Below are positions 8,015-16,455 of a stretch of DNA of 26,525 nucleotides, one piece after another. Both the position numbers and the translations under genes were made by a program. Where the stretch lies: positions 1 to 26,525 of the forward strand of contig JAUZPW010000001.1 in assembly GCA_030705725.1 (NCBI GenBank), written 5' to 3'. Source of the DNA: Bacillota bacterium. GTDB taxonomy: Bacteria; Bacillota; Clostridia; Oscillospirales; Butyricicoccaceae. The notes under the pieces are model-generated. The model saw only the letters and a program-made list of their open reading frames with translations. It had not been told where the DNA came from and did no database searches. Within the stretch, counting starts at the first letter, position 1, and each line of letters starts with the position of its first letter.

Positions 8015-9169
8015 ATGGGAGAAATCAAACTGCCGGAAGGTTTCGTAACCTATCCGGAGGCTAGAAAGAAAGCCTTTTTAACTTTAAAAAAGATGAAGGA
8101 AGAGGGGCGCAGAATCGTCGGCGTTTTTTGCACCTATACGCCCTGGGAGCTGATCGATGCTGCGGATGCAGCCGCGGTAGTATTATGCGGCATCGGTGAT
8201 GAAAATATGCCCGCTGCGGAAAAACGTCTGCCGAAAAATCTCTGTCCCCTCATAAAAGCGAGCTATGGCGGCGCGGTTGCCGACCGCTGCCCTTTCTTTT
8301 ATTTTTCCGACATGGTGTTGGGGGAAACCACCTGTGACGGCAAAAAGAAAATGTACGAGCTGATGTCGGAACTAAAGCACACCCACGTAATGCAGCTTCC
8401 CCCGGGACAGTTCGGACGCGGTGCTCTGGAGTTCTGGAAAGCCTCGGTAGAGTCCCTTAAAGATGATCTGGAGCAATTCTACGGAATCACTATCACGAAT
8501 GACCGGCTGAGGGAGGCCATTCACCTGAGGAATCGGGAAAGGAAAGCCATCCTGGACTTCTATGAAATCGGCTGCCTGAAGCCCAGCCCCATTTCCGGCT
8601 ATGAACTGAATACTGTAATAACTTCAAACGAATATGCTTTTGACATCAACAAGAAAATCGAAGCGCTCGAGCAGCGCATACGGGAGCTTAAGGACCTTTA
8701 TGAGCGGGAATATAAAGGGAAAAAGTCACGTCCGCGCATCCTTATTACCGGTTGCCCTACCCATGGCGTCATCAACAAGGTTATAAAGCGCATTGAGGAA
8801 CTGGGCGCAGACGTGGTGGGCTTTGAAAACTGCTGCGGCCCCAGAGAGAAGAAAGACCCAATCGACGAGACAATCGACCCCATCACCGCCATTGCGGAAA
8901 AATATCTGCGGGTTAACTGCTCTGTTATGAGTCCCAACCCGGGCCGGTTCAAGGCCCTTGGCGAACAGATCCACGACTATCAGGCAGACGGCGTTATCGA
9001 AGTACTGCTTCAGGCCTGCCATACCTTTGCCGTTGAATCGGATTCCGTAAGACGGTTTGTGACGGAGGAAAAAGGCATCCCGTATCTTTCCATAACAACA
9101 GACTACTCAACAACTGACCAAGGGCAGATCGATACCCGGATCGGAGCGTTTATAGAGCTTTTAAGCTGA
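8015..9169 (+). CDS. Double-cubane-cluster protein (DCCP)-like / 2-hydroxyacyl-CoA dehydratase HGD-D family Fe-S reductase (YjiM-like)
   Basis: Cys motifs [65 protein letters not shown]; a single 384-aa subunit directly followed by an activase gene; RBS GAAAGGTG. Confidence 0.82.
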   Translation: MGEIKLPEGFVTYPEARKKAFLTLKKMKEEGRRIVGVFCTYTPWELIDAADAAAVVLCGIGDENMPAAEKRLPKNLCPLIKASYGGAVADRCPFFYFSDMVLGETTCDGKKKMYELMSELKHTHVMQLPPGQFGRGALEFWKASVESLKDDLEQFYGITITNDRLREAIHLRNRERKAILDFYEIGCLKPSPISGYELNTVITSNEYAFDINKKIEALEQRIRELKDLYEREYKGKKSRPRILITGCPTHGVINKVIKRIEELGADVVGFENCCGPREKKDPIDETIDPITAIAEKYLRVNCSVMSPNPGRFKALGEQIHDYQADGVIEVLLQACHTFAVESDSVRRFVTEEKGIPYLSITTDYSTTDQGQIDTRIGAFIELLS

Positions 9170-9240
9170 ACTGACTTAACCAGTCATCATAATAGCCTGC
9201 GCGGATTAAAATTTGATTATATAGCAAGGATAAAAGAGAA

Positions 9241-10014
9241 ATGACGCATTATATCGGTATCGATATCGGCTCCACCTGCGCAAAGACTGTTGTAATGGAC
9301 GAAAACAGGAATATCTTGTATTGCCTGCTTCAACCCACCGGATGGAGCAGCGTTGACACGGCAGAGTCAATTAACGCGCAATTATCGGAGTTGGGTATAA
9401 CTCCCGGCAATTCTGTCTCCGTGGCAACCGGATACGGACGGGTATCCGTTCCGTTTGCTAATAAATGTGTTACGGAGATCACCTGCCACGGGAAAGGCGC
9501 CTGTTTTATTCACGGCATGAACAGTTTAACGGTAATTGATATAGGCGGTCAGGACACGAAGCTGATCGCGGTGGAAAACGGCATGGTGAAGGACTTCGTC
9601 ATGAACGATAAGTGTTCCGCAGGCACGGGACGCTTTTTGGAGGTAATGGCCAATACGCTGGCAGTGCGGCCCGATGAGCTTTGCGAATTGGCGTCTCACG
9701 GTGGAAACACCTCAATAAGCTCCATGTGTACGGTGTTTGCGGAATCGGAAATTATCAGTCTGATCGGGCGCGGGGAACAGAAGGAAAACATTGCGTATGC
9801 CGTGATTGATTCTATTGCAAAAAAAGTTGCTTCGCAGGCAAGCAGATTGCAGTACGCCAGCTCAGCTATTTGCCTTACGGGAGGATTGTGCGGCTTTTCT
9901 TATCTGCGAAGCTCGCTTTCCAGCCTGCTTGGCGCTCCGGTGCTCGCCGGCCAAAACGGGCGATACGCCGGAGCAATCGGCGCGGCCCTGTGTGCCGCTG
10001 CTGTGGGGAAATAA
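9241..10014 (+). CDS. ATP-dependent [4Fe-4S] activase (BadF/BadG/BcrA/BcrD ASKHA family; YjiL/HgdC/DCCP-reductase-like)
   Basis: GIDIGSTCAK, ATGYGR, EITCHGKG, DIGGQDTK, MNDKCSAGTG, ISSMCTVFAESE, LTGG. Confidence 0.92.
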   Translation: MTHYIGIDIGSTCAKTVVMDENRNILYCLLQPTGWSSVDTAESINAQLSELGITPGNSVSVATGYGRVSVPFANKCVTEITCHGKGACFIHGMNSLTVIDIGGQDTKLIAVENGMVKDFVMNDKCSAGTGRFLEVMANTLAVRPDELCELASHGGNTSISSMCTVFAESEIISLIGRGEQKENIAYAVIDSIAKKVASQASRLQYASSAICLTGGLCGFSYLRSSLSSLLGAPVLAGQNGRYAGAIGAALCAAAVGK

Positions 10015-10040
10015 GGCCACCGGAAAGAGAGGACATACGC

Positions 10041-11177
10041 ATGATTTATCTTGATAATGCGGCCACCACGATTCAAAAGCCGCAGCAGGTGATCGACGCC
10101 GTCGCGGCGGCGATGAGTTCCTGTGGAAATGCATCCCGCGGAACCCACAGCGGAGCCCTGCAGGCTTCCCGAGTGGTCTACGACACGCGGGCCAAGCTTG
10201 CCAGACTGTTCAATTGTCACAGCGCCGACCGCGTAGTGTTCACCTCCAATTCTACCGAGGCGCTCAATATTGCCATAAACGGGACTATCGGTTCAGGCGA
10301 TCACGTTATTACCACCGATCTCGAGCATAATTCCGTCCTGCGTCCCCTCTACCGTCTGGAAGACGAGCAGCAGGCAGCGCTTAGCTTTGTCCGTGCCGAC
10401 ATGAAAGGAACGGTGGACTGCACCGATTTTGAGAAACTTATCCGTAATGAAACAAGGGCTATCGTATGTACGCACGCATCCAATCTGACAGGCGATCTGA
10501 TTGATGCGGCACGGGTAGGCGAAATCGCAAAACGCAAAGGGCTGCTTTTCATTTTGGACGCTTCCCAGACAGCAGGCTCAATACCCATTGATATGGAGAA
10601 AATGAAAATAGATATACTTTGCTTTACGGGACATAAGGGATTAATGGGCCCCCAAGGGACAGGAGGGCTTTGCGTCCGGGAGGGTGTCGAAATACGGCCT
10701 TGGAAAGTCGGCGGCTCTGGGGTTCAGTCCTACCGAAGGAGCCAGCCCGCCGAATTGCCCGCCCGACTGGAGGCAGGAACGCTGAACAGCCACGGAATAG
10801 CCGGGCTTTCGGCAGCTTTGGATTATATTTTTGACATTGGAGTGGAAACAATCGGGAAAAAGGAATCTGCGCTGATGCGCCGGTTTTACGACGGTGTAGC
10901 CGGAATCGGCGGTGTTACAGTTTACGGTGACTTTTCTATGAATCGCCGGGCCGCGATTGTGTCTTTGAATATAAAAGATTACGATTCCGCTGTTTTGTCC
11001 GATGCACTGTACGAAACCTATGAGATTGCCACCCGTCCTGGAGCGCATTGCGCGCCCAGACTGCATCAGGCGCTGTACACGACGGATCAGGGCGCTGTGC
11101 GGTTCAGCTTTTCCTGGTTTAATACTGAAAATGAGGTTGACAAAGCGATACAGGCAGTTAAGGAATTAGCTGAATGA
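10041..11177 (+). CDS. Class V PLP aminotransferase, cysteine desulfurase/selenocysteine lyase-like (group II, SufS/CsdA-like)
   Basis: MIYLDNAATT, LEHNSV, DASQTAG, FTGHKGLMGPQGTGG (PLP Lys), RPGAHCAP (catalytic Cys). Start moved to ATG 10041 behind RBS GAGAGGA; the ORF-track extension from 9870 overlaps the activase and is not credible. Confidence 0.88.
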   Translation: MIYLDNAATTIQKPQQVIDAVAAAMSSCGNASRGTHSGALQASRVVYDTRAKLARLFNCHSADRVVFTSNSTEALNIAINGTIGSGDHVITTDLEHNSVLRPLYRLEDEQQAALSFVRADMKGTVDCTDFEKLIRNETRAIVCTHASNLTGDLIDAARVGEIAKRKGLLFILDASQTAGSIPIDMEKMKIDILCFTGHKGLMGPQGTGGLCVREGVEIRPWKVGGSGVQSYRRSQPAELPARLEAGTLNSHGIAGLSAALDYIFDIGVETIGKKESALMRRFYDGVAGIGGVTVYGDFSMNRRAAIVSLNIKDYDSAVLSDALYETYEIATRPGAHCAPRLHQALYTTDQGAVRFSFSWFNTENEVDKAIQAVKELAE

Positions 11178-11223
11178 AGATGTATCGCTGAGCAAAGCAG
11201 CAGATTACTCAGCTTTTATAAAT

Positions 11224-11267
11224 AAAAAAAGGCACCGCGTCAAATAAAAATTCCGCGGTGCCCTTTT
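11224..11267. terminator. Bidirectional intrinsic terminator between the desulfurase gene and xdhC
   Basis: A7-GGCACCGCG...CGCGGTGCC-CTTTT; 9-bp GC stem with a U-tract available on both strands. Confidence 0.8.
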
Positions 11268-11276
11268 CAACTCATA

Positions 11277-11762
11277 TTACTTTCCGACAACCTTATAGGT
11301 CTCGTCCACAATGCGTTCCATCGCGTTTAATATGTTTTCATAGCCCGTGCAGCGGCACAGATGCCCTGATATAAGTTTTCGCAGCTCGTCCCGGTTGTAT
11401 TTTTTTCCCGTGCCCACTATTTCCACAGCCGTCATTATAAGTCCCGGCGTGCAGAATCCGCACTGCACGGCGGCTTCCTCGATAAAAGCTTTTTGTATCG
11501 GGCTTAATTCACCGTTAGGGCCCTTCAGGCCTTCCACTGTCATAATATTTTTCCCTTCGGCCCAAACGGTAAGATAAATGCAGGAGTCCATCGCTTCTCC
11601 GTTGACAAGTACCGTGCAGGCGCCGCATTCGCCGACCTCGCAGCCTTTCTTAACGCTCGTCAGCCCCAGCCGGTTTCTCAGCGTGTCGACAAGCGCTTCC
11701 CTGTCGTCTACGGCAAGCTCGTGAGCTTTACCGTTGACAGTCAAATTAATCACCTTAAGCAT
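11277..11762 (-). CDS. xdhC: Xanthine dehydrogenase 2x[2Fe-2S] subunit
   Basis: GCEVGECGACTV...DSC and QCGFCTPG...HLCRCTGY; overlaps the xdhB stop by 8 nt. Confidence 0.92.
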   Translation of the reverse strand: MLKVINLTVNGKAHELAVDDREALVDTLRNRLGLTSVKKGCEVGECGACTVLVNGEAMDSCIYLTVWAEGKNIMTVEGLKGPNGELSPIQKAFIEEAAVQCGFCTPGLIMTAVEIVGTGKKYNRDELRKLISGHLCRCTGYENILNAMERIVDETYKVVGK

Positions 11763-12642
11763 CTAAAGTACCTCCCGCATTGATAATCGCCTGCTTAAGC
11801 GCGCGTTTTCCCAGTTCCTCTATAAGCTGAAGCCTGAATTCCTTTGATGCGCGCCAGCTCGAACGAGGATTGACCTCCGCGAGCGCGCCTTTTCCCACTT
11901 TTTCAAATAACTCCGGTGAAATCTTCATTTCCTTAACAGCACTCTCGGTTTCCGTGCAGCGCATCGGAGTAGGTGCAGCCACTCCGTATGCCAGCCTCAG
12001 ATCCTCTATAGCCTTTTTATCCGGAGTAAGCTTAACGCTGACCGAACAGCCAAGCGTAGCTATTTCCATAGCGTTTCTCTTTCCGTATTTTATATAATGC
12101 CCGCCGAAACCGTCGTAATTGTCTTTTGTAATGCGGATAGCGGTCAATATTTCGCTGTGCTCGCGCACCGTTTTGCCGGGCCCCTTGTAAAACTGCCCGA
12201 TGGGTACCTGACGGGTTCCGTTCTCCCCGGTCAGCTCGAGTACAGCGTTAAGTGCGAAAAGCGTTGACGCGCTGTCCGCACTGGTTACGCCGTTGCAGAC
12301 ATTTCCGCCGACAGTCCCGATATTCCTTATTTGCGGGCTCCCCACCTGATCGACCGCGTCTCCGAGAACCGGAATATACTTTTTTATTATATCGTTGTTC
12401 GTGATATGCGAAAAGCTTGTGGCCGGGCGGATAAGTATCGTGCCGTCTTTATCCATTTCAATGCCCTTAAGCTCCGCTATGTTGTGGATGCTGACGAGCG
12501 AACATCCCGCGAGCCTTCCCTCGCGAATCTGAATCAGAACGTCGCTTCCTCCGGAAATCACAACGGCATCCGGGTTTTCAGCAAGCGCGCGGACGGCGTC
12601 CGGCACATCCTTCGCCTGATAAATTTTTTCAATATCGTACAT
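11755..12642 (-). CDS. xdhB: Xanthine dehydrogenase FAD-binding subunit
   Basis: ISGGSDVLI, QIRNIGTVGGNVCNG, YIKYGKRNAMEIA, PRSSWRASKEFR; no [4Fe-4S] insertion; RBS AGGAGG. Confidence 0.92.
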   Translation of the reverse strand: MYDIEKIYQAKDVPDAVRALAENPDAVVISGGSDVLIQIREGRLAGCSLVSIHNIAELKGIEMDKDGTILIRPATSFSHITNNDIIKKYIPVLGDAVDQVGSPQIRNIGTVGGNVCNGVTSADSASTLFALNAVLELTGENGTRQVPIGQFYKGPGKTVREHSEILTAIRITKDNYDGFGGHYIKYGKRNAMEIATLGCSVSVKLTPDKKAIEDLRLAYGVAAPTPMRCTETESAVKEMKISPELFEKVGKGALAEVNPRSSWRASKEFRLQLIEELGKRALKQAIINAGGTLDA

Positions 12643-12654
12643 TGCTTAACCCTC

Positions 12655-14946
12655 CTATATAAGCCCTGCTGCTTTGAAATGTTCGACCAGCTTCTGCGGA
12701 TCGAGCGGCAGCGAGTCGACCGCGACGCCCGTCGCATGCAGCACCGCGTTGCGCAGAGCGGGCGCCACCGGTATTGCCGGCGGCTCTCCGAGCGCCTTAT
12801 TCCCGTACGGCCCTGTCGGGTCGTTAATCTGCACGAAATCAACGTGCAGATCGGGGGTGTCCATCGAGGTAGGCATTTTATAATCGAGCAGATTGTCGTT
12901 AAGCGGTTTCCCGTTTTTGTCGTACAGAAGTATTTCGCTCAGTCCGTATCCGATTCCCATGCTTATGCCGCCGTGAACCTGTGCTTCCGCAAGCTTGGGA
13001 TTAATCAGTATGCCGCTGTCGTGGACGTTGATTATATTGAGCACTTTAACCTTTCCGAGAGGCATATCCACCTCAACCTCCGCGAAGCATACGCCGCTGG
13101 CGAATGTGTTTTCCTTGCAGTGATATGTGGCCTCGGCGGTGATATGCACCGAGCGGTCAAGGCTGTAAAACGCTTCGGTCGCGAGCTCTTCCATCGAAAG
13201 AAGCGATTTATTATCCGCCATCGATACAATATAATTGTCTCTTATGTCAAGTCCCTCTGCGGGAAGCTTAAGCTTATACGAAGCGTAATCCAGTATTTTT
13301 GCTTTTAGCTGCTCGGCTGTCTTTTTCAGCGCTTTGCCGCTGACGTACGTCTGCCTTGACGCATACGCTCCCGTATCAAACGGAGTAATGTCAGTGTCCT
13401 GCGTTGAGACGACATATATCCTGTCCTCGGTAATGCCGAGGGACTCCGCCGCCATCTGCGAAAATACGGTGTCGGCGCCCTGGCCTATCTCGGTAGCCCC
13501 CATCTGGATCTGGAGCGAACCGTCCTGGTTCAGCACCATGCGGCAGGAAGCGGTTTCAAGCGAGATGGGATAAACTCCCGTTTTATAGCAGAAAATCGCC
13601 ATGCCCACGCCGCGGCGGACCGGGCCGGTCTGATCCTTGTACTCAGCCCGTTTCTCGTCCCAGTGTATAAAATCCCGCCCCTTAAGTATGCATTCCTTTA
13701 AGCCGTAGCTTTCGAACCCGAATTTGAGATGCGGGTCGACATATCCTTCCTTCACGCAGTTTTTAAGCCTGTATTCAAGAGGATCGATGCCCGTGAGCCT
13801 TGCGAGGTCCTCCGTCAAAGCTTCCGTAACGAAATCGCTTTGCGGAATACCGTAGCCGCGCATAGCGCCCGCCGTCGCCGAGTTTGTATAAACGGTATAG
13901 CTGTCAGCCTCAAGCCCTTTTTCATCCTGGTAAAGCTGCTTGAACATATTTGCCGCGTTTGCCGCGATTGCATGGCCGTGAGACGCATAAGCGCCCTGAT
14001 TTGAAAATACCTCGAGCTTTCTTGAAACCAGCGTACCGTCCGGTCTGACGGCAGCCTTGGCATGAAATTTTACGGCGTGGCGCACCCTGGTGCAGGCAAG
14101 CGTTTCTTCCCTGGTGAGCTCCAGGCGCACTCCGCGCCCTCCGACCTGCGTGCATAAAAAAGCGTTTAAGGGCTCGTAAAGCACATCCTGCTTGTTGCCG
14201 AAGCCGCCTCCTATGTAAGGCTTAATCACGCGTATCTTTCCCCACGGAATTCCGAGCGCCTGCCCTATAACGCGCCTCACAATGTGAGGGATCTGCGTGG
14301 ACGTGGTCACTACGATCTTGCCGTTTGCGTCCTGATACGCAAAAGAAACCGGAACCTCTATATGACAGTGCTGAACGCGCTGGGTCTCATAGACCTTGTC
14401 GATCAGCAGCAGCCCGTTTTCCTTTGCTGCCTTTTCAAAATCCCCGTCTCCGACAGTAAACCGGGTATGCTTCAATATGTTGTCCGGATATTCAGAGTGA
14501 ACCGGCACGGCGCCCTCCGCCATTGCTTCGTCAACCGTCAGAACCGGCGGATACTCTTCATAAACGACCTTTATGAGCCTCGCGGCGCGGCTTGCCGCCA
14601 CCTCGTCCTCCGCGATCACTGCCGCAATATCGTCTCCGTAAAAACGAACCCTTTGATTCAGTATTTTTCTGTCCTGAACGTCCTGATGCGCCGCCTCGAC
14701 AGACCACGGATGACCCGCCGTCGGAAACTGAATATCCGGGACGTCAAAACATGTCACGATTTTAACCACGCCCGGAACCTTAAGCGCTTCATCCAAATCA
14801 AAGCTTTTAACAAGGCCGTTCGCGATTTTGCTGTGTACGACCCTGGCGACAAGCAGCCCGTCCGGAGCTAAGTCTGCTGAATATTTTGCCTCTCCTGTAA
14901 CCTTGGCATACGCGTCAACTCTGTCAATCTTCTTCCCAACACCCAT
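12655..14946 (-). CDS. xdhA: Xanthine dehydrogenase molybdopterin-binding subunit (E. coli XdhA-type)
   Basis: RVDAYAKVTG, TQIPHIVRR, GGGFGNKQD, GAYASHG, AMRGYG, EIGQGADT, ASRQ, QVHGG, KALGEPP (catalytic Glu), C-terminal AGLI. Start taken as ATG 14946; the alternative at 14958 has no RBS spacing. Confidence 0.9.
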   Translation of the reverse strand: MGVGKKIDRVDAYAKVTGEAKYSADLAPDGLLVARVVHSKIANGLVKSFDLDEALKVPGVVKIVTCFDVPDIQFPTAGHPWSVEAAHQDVQDRKILNQRVRFYGDDIAAVIAEDEVAASRAARLIKVVYEEYPPVLTVDEAMAEGAVPVHSEYPDNILKHTRFTVGDGDFEKAAKENGLLLIDKVYETQRVQHCHIEVPVSFAYQDANGKIVVTTSTQIPHIVRRVIGQALGIPWGKIRVIKPYIGGGFGNKQDVLYEPLNAFLCTQVGGRGVRLELTREETLACTRVRHAVKFHAKAAVRPDGTLVSRKLEVFSNQGAYASHGHAIAANAANMFKQLYQDEKGLEADSYTVYTNSATAGAMRGYGIPQSDFVTEALTEDLARLTGIDPLEYRLKNCVKEGYVDPHLKFGFESYGLKECILKGRDFIHWDEKRAEYKDQTGPVRRGVGMAIFCYKTGVYPISLETASCRMVLNQDGSLQIQMGATEIGQGADTVFSQMAAESLGITEDRIYVVSTQDTDITPFDTGAYASRQTYVSGKALKKTAEQLKAKILDYASYKLKLPAEGLDIRDNYIVSMADNKSLLSMEELATEAFYSLDRSVHITAEATYHCKENTFASGVCFAEVEVDMPLGKVKVLNIINVHDSGILINPKLAEAQVHGGISMGIGYGLSEILLYDKNGKPLNDNLLDYKMPTSMDTPDLHVDFVQINDPTGPYGNKALGEPPAIPVAPALRNAVLHATGVAVDSLPLDPQKLVEHFKAAGLI

Positions 14947-15060
14947 AAATATGACCATTCCTTTCGCTTAATTGCGTCCTGTGCGCCGAATACCGGCGGC
15001 ACTGTGCGGGAGCTGCTTTTGCCATGGGCGGGCCGCAGCTGACCGCTTAAAAATTTATAT

Positions 15061-16335
15061 TCAAAACAGCATGCTGCCAAAAACAAATTTATGCGCTATA
15101 TTCTCATTCCCGGATAAATAAACGGCCCTTTCAAGACGTTCTCTGCAAGTCAGCTTTTGCGGATGCCTCAGACCGCTGTCGTCGATAACGACGGCGTCAA
15201 ATTCAAAGCCCTCATCAAATCCTCCCGCAAAGCCGAAGAATTCCCCGCCGCCTTTAGTCCCGAGGTAAAAAGCCTCCTCAAAGCTGAGCGGCTTTAAGCC
15301 TTCGTCAATAAGCCTCCATCTAAGCTTTGAAACCTGAATCGCGTCCGTCATCGCGCGAAAAATCGATTCGTGCGCTCCCCCCGCTATGTCGCTTCCGAGT
15401 CCGGTTTTTACGCCTTTATCCAGAAACGTCCTGACCGGAGCTATACCGGACGCCAGATTTTCGTTTGACTGCGGGCAGTGGGCTATAAAAACGCCTCTTT
15501 CCCTGATTCTCTCTATTTCACGGTCGTCCGAGCCGACACAGTGAGCCATCACGGTTTTAACGCCCCCGCCGAACAGGCCGAACCTGTCGTAGGCGTCCGC
15601 GTAAAACTCAGCGTCGGGGCAAAGCTCTTGCACCCACTCGATCTCATTTCTGTTTTCCGAAAGATGCGACTGAACCGGAAGATCGTGCTTAACCTGTATT
15701 TCTTTAAGCAATTTCATAAGCTCGTCGGAACAGGCCGGAATAAATCGCGGCGTCAAAATCGGTTTTATCCTTTCGCAGCGCCCTTCGCAGCGCGTTATCC
15801 ATTTCTCCGTGTCCGATGCCGCCCGCGCAGCGCTTTCTTCGGTCAGGTAATCCGGGCTGTTTCTGTCCATGTTAACTTTTCCGACGTAAGCGATCATTCC
15901 TGTTTTTTCGAGGCAGTCCATAAGGATCTCCGTCGCGCCCGCGTGAATCGTTGAAAACACGCAGGCCCTCGTGGTTGCGCCCGCCCTTATGTCCCCGGCA
16001 AAAATTTCATACGCTTTTTTTGCGTATTCTAAATCTTTGAAACGCCCTTCCTCCGGGAAGGCGTGGTTATTAAGCCAGCTTAAAAGCTCGGTATCCGTAT
16101 AAAGCGCGCGGAAAGCATACTGAGATGCATGCAGGTGCAAATCGCAGAGGCCAGGAATAACAAGCATCCCGGAATAGTCTATAACCTTAAGTCCTGTATA
16201 TTTATCAGGAATTTTTTCAAAAACACCTTGTGAAATTCCGTCCGTGCAAATAAGGTAATGGTCAGAAAACGATAAAAGCGTGCTTTTATCCCTGCTCCAG
16301 CATATATCGCCTTTTATGATAAAGTCGCGGCTCAA
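15061..16335 (-). CDS. guaD: Guanine deaminase (amidohydrolase)
   Basis: DLHLHASQY, TPRF, SHLSEN, MAHC, GSDIAGG, EEAFYLGT; TTG start at 16335 behind GGGAGGG; adjacent to xdhABC. Confidence 0.85.
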   Translation of the reverse strand: MSRDFIIKGDICWSRDKSTLLSFSDHYLICTDGISQGVFEKIPDKYTGLKVIDYSGMLVIPGLCDLHLHASQYAFRALYTDTELLSWLNNHAFPEEGRFKDLEYAKKAYEIFAGDIRAGATTRACVFSTIHAGATEILMDCLEKTGMIAYVGKVNMDRNSPDYLTEESAARAASDTEKWITRCEGRCERIKPILTPRFIPACSDELMKLLKEIQVKHDLPVQSHLSENRNEIEWVQELCPDAEFYADAYDRFGLFGGGVKTVMAHCVGSDDREIERIRERGVFIAHCPQSNENLASGIAPVRTFLDKGVKTGLGSDIAGGAHESIFRAMTDAIQVSKLRWRLIDEGLKPLSFEEAFYLGTKGGGEFFGFAGGFDEGFEFDAVVIDDSGLRHPQKLTCRERLERAVYLSGNENIAHKFVFGSMLF

Positions 16336-16351
16336 ACGTTTTCCCTCCCAA

Positions 16352-16380
16352 ATTATACAAATACTTACATAAATAGACAA
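16352..16380 (-). promoter_or_regulatory. Putative internal sigma-A promoter for guaD-xdhABC
   Basis: Minus strand TTGTCT (16380-16375), 17 nt, TATAAT (16357-16352), in a 120-bp AT-rich gap. Confidence 0.55.
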
Positions 16381-16386
16381 ATTCGA

Positions 16387-16405
16387 ATCCAAAAATCCTC
16401 TGTAA
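16387..16405. promoter_or_regulatory. Single degenerate copy of the 19-bp candidate operator
   Basis: ATCCAAAAATCCTCTGTAA matches 14/18 of ATMCAAAAANTTTTTGKAT; 6 bp upstream of the guaD -35. Confidence 0.3.
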
Positions 16406-16455
16406 AAATTGTGCCGATAAACTGTTTTGATTTATTATTGGTAATGCGGTAAAAG

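Noticed and set aside
8015-10014. Classical 2-hydroxyacyl-CoA dehydratase amino-acid fermentation operon
   Set aside because: There is only one HGD-D subunit and no CoA transferase, 2-hydroxyacid dehydrogenase, acyl-CoA dehydrogenase or Etf nearby.
11187-11217. GCTGAG...CTCAGC-TTTT hairpin after the desulfurase gene
   Set aside because: Only a 6-bp stem with a 15-nt loop; the stronger terminator at 11224-11267 suffices.
12331-13308. 325-aa plus-strand ORF
   Set aside because: It is antisense to xdhA/xdhB, with no RBS or recognisable motif; long shadow ORFs are expected opposite GC-rich, codon-biased genes.
14959-15060. Moco/Wco riboswitch upstream of xdhA
   Set aside because: Fragments TAAG, ATGG, CTCCCG and GAAAGGA occur, but CTCCCG and GAAAGG are about 40 nt apart instead of a few nucleotides, and the P3/P4 GNRA layout is missing.
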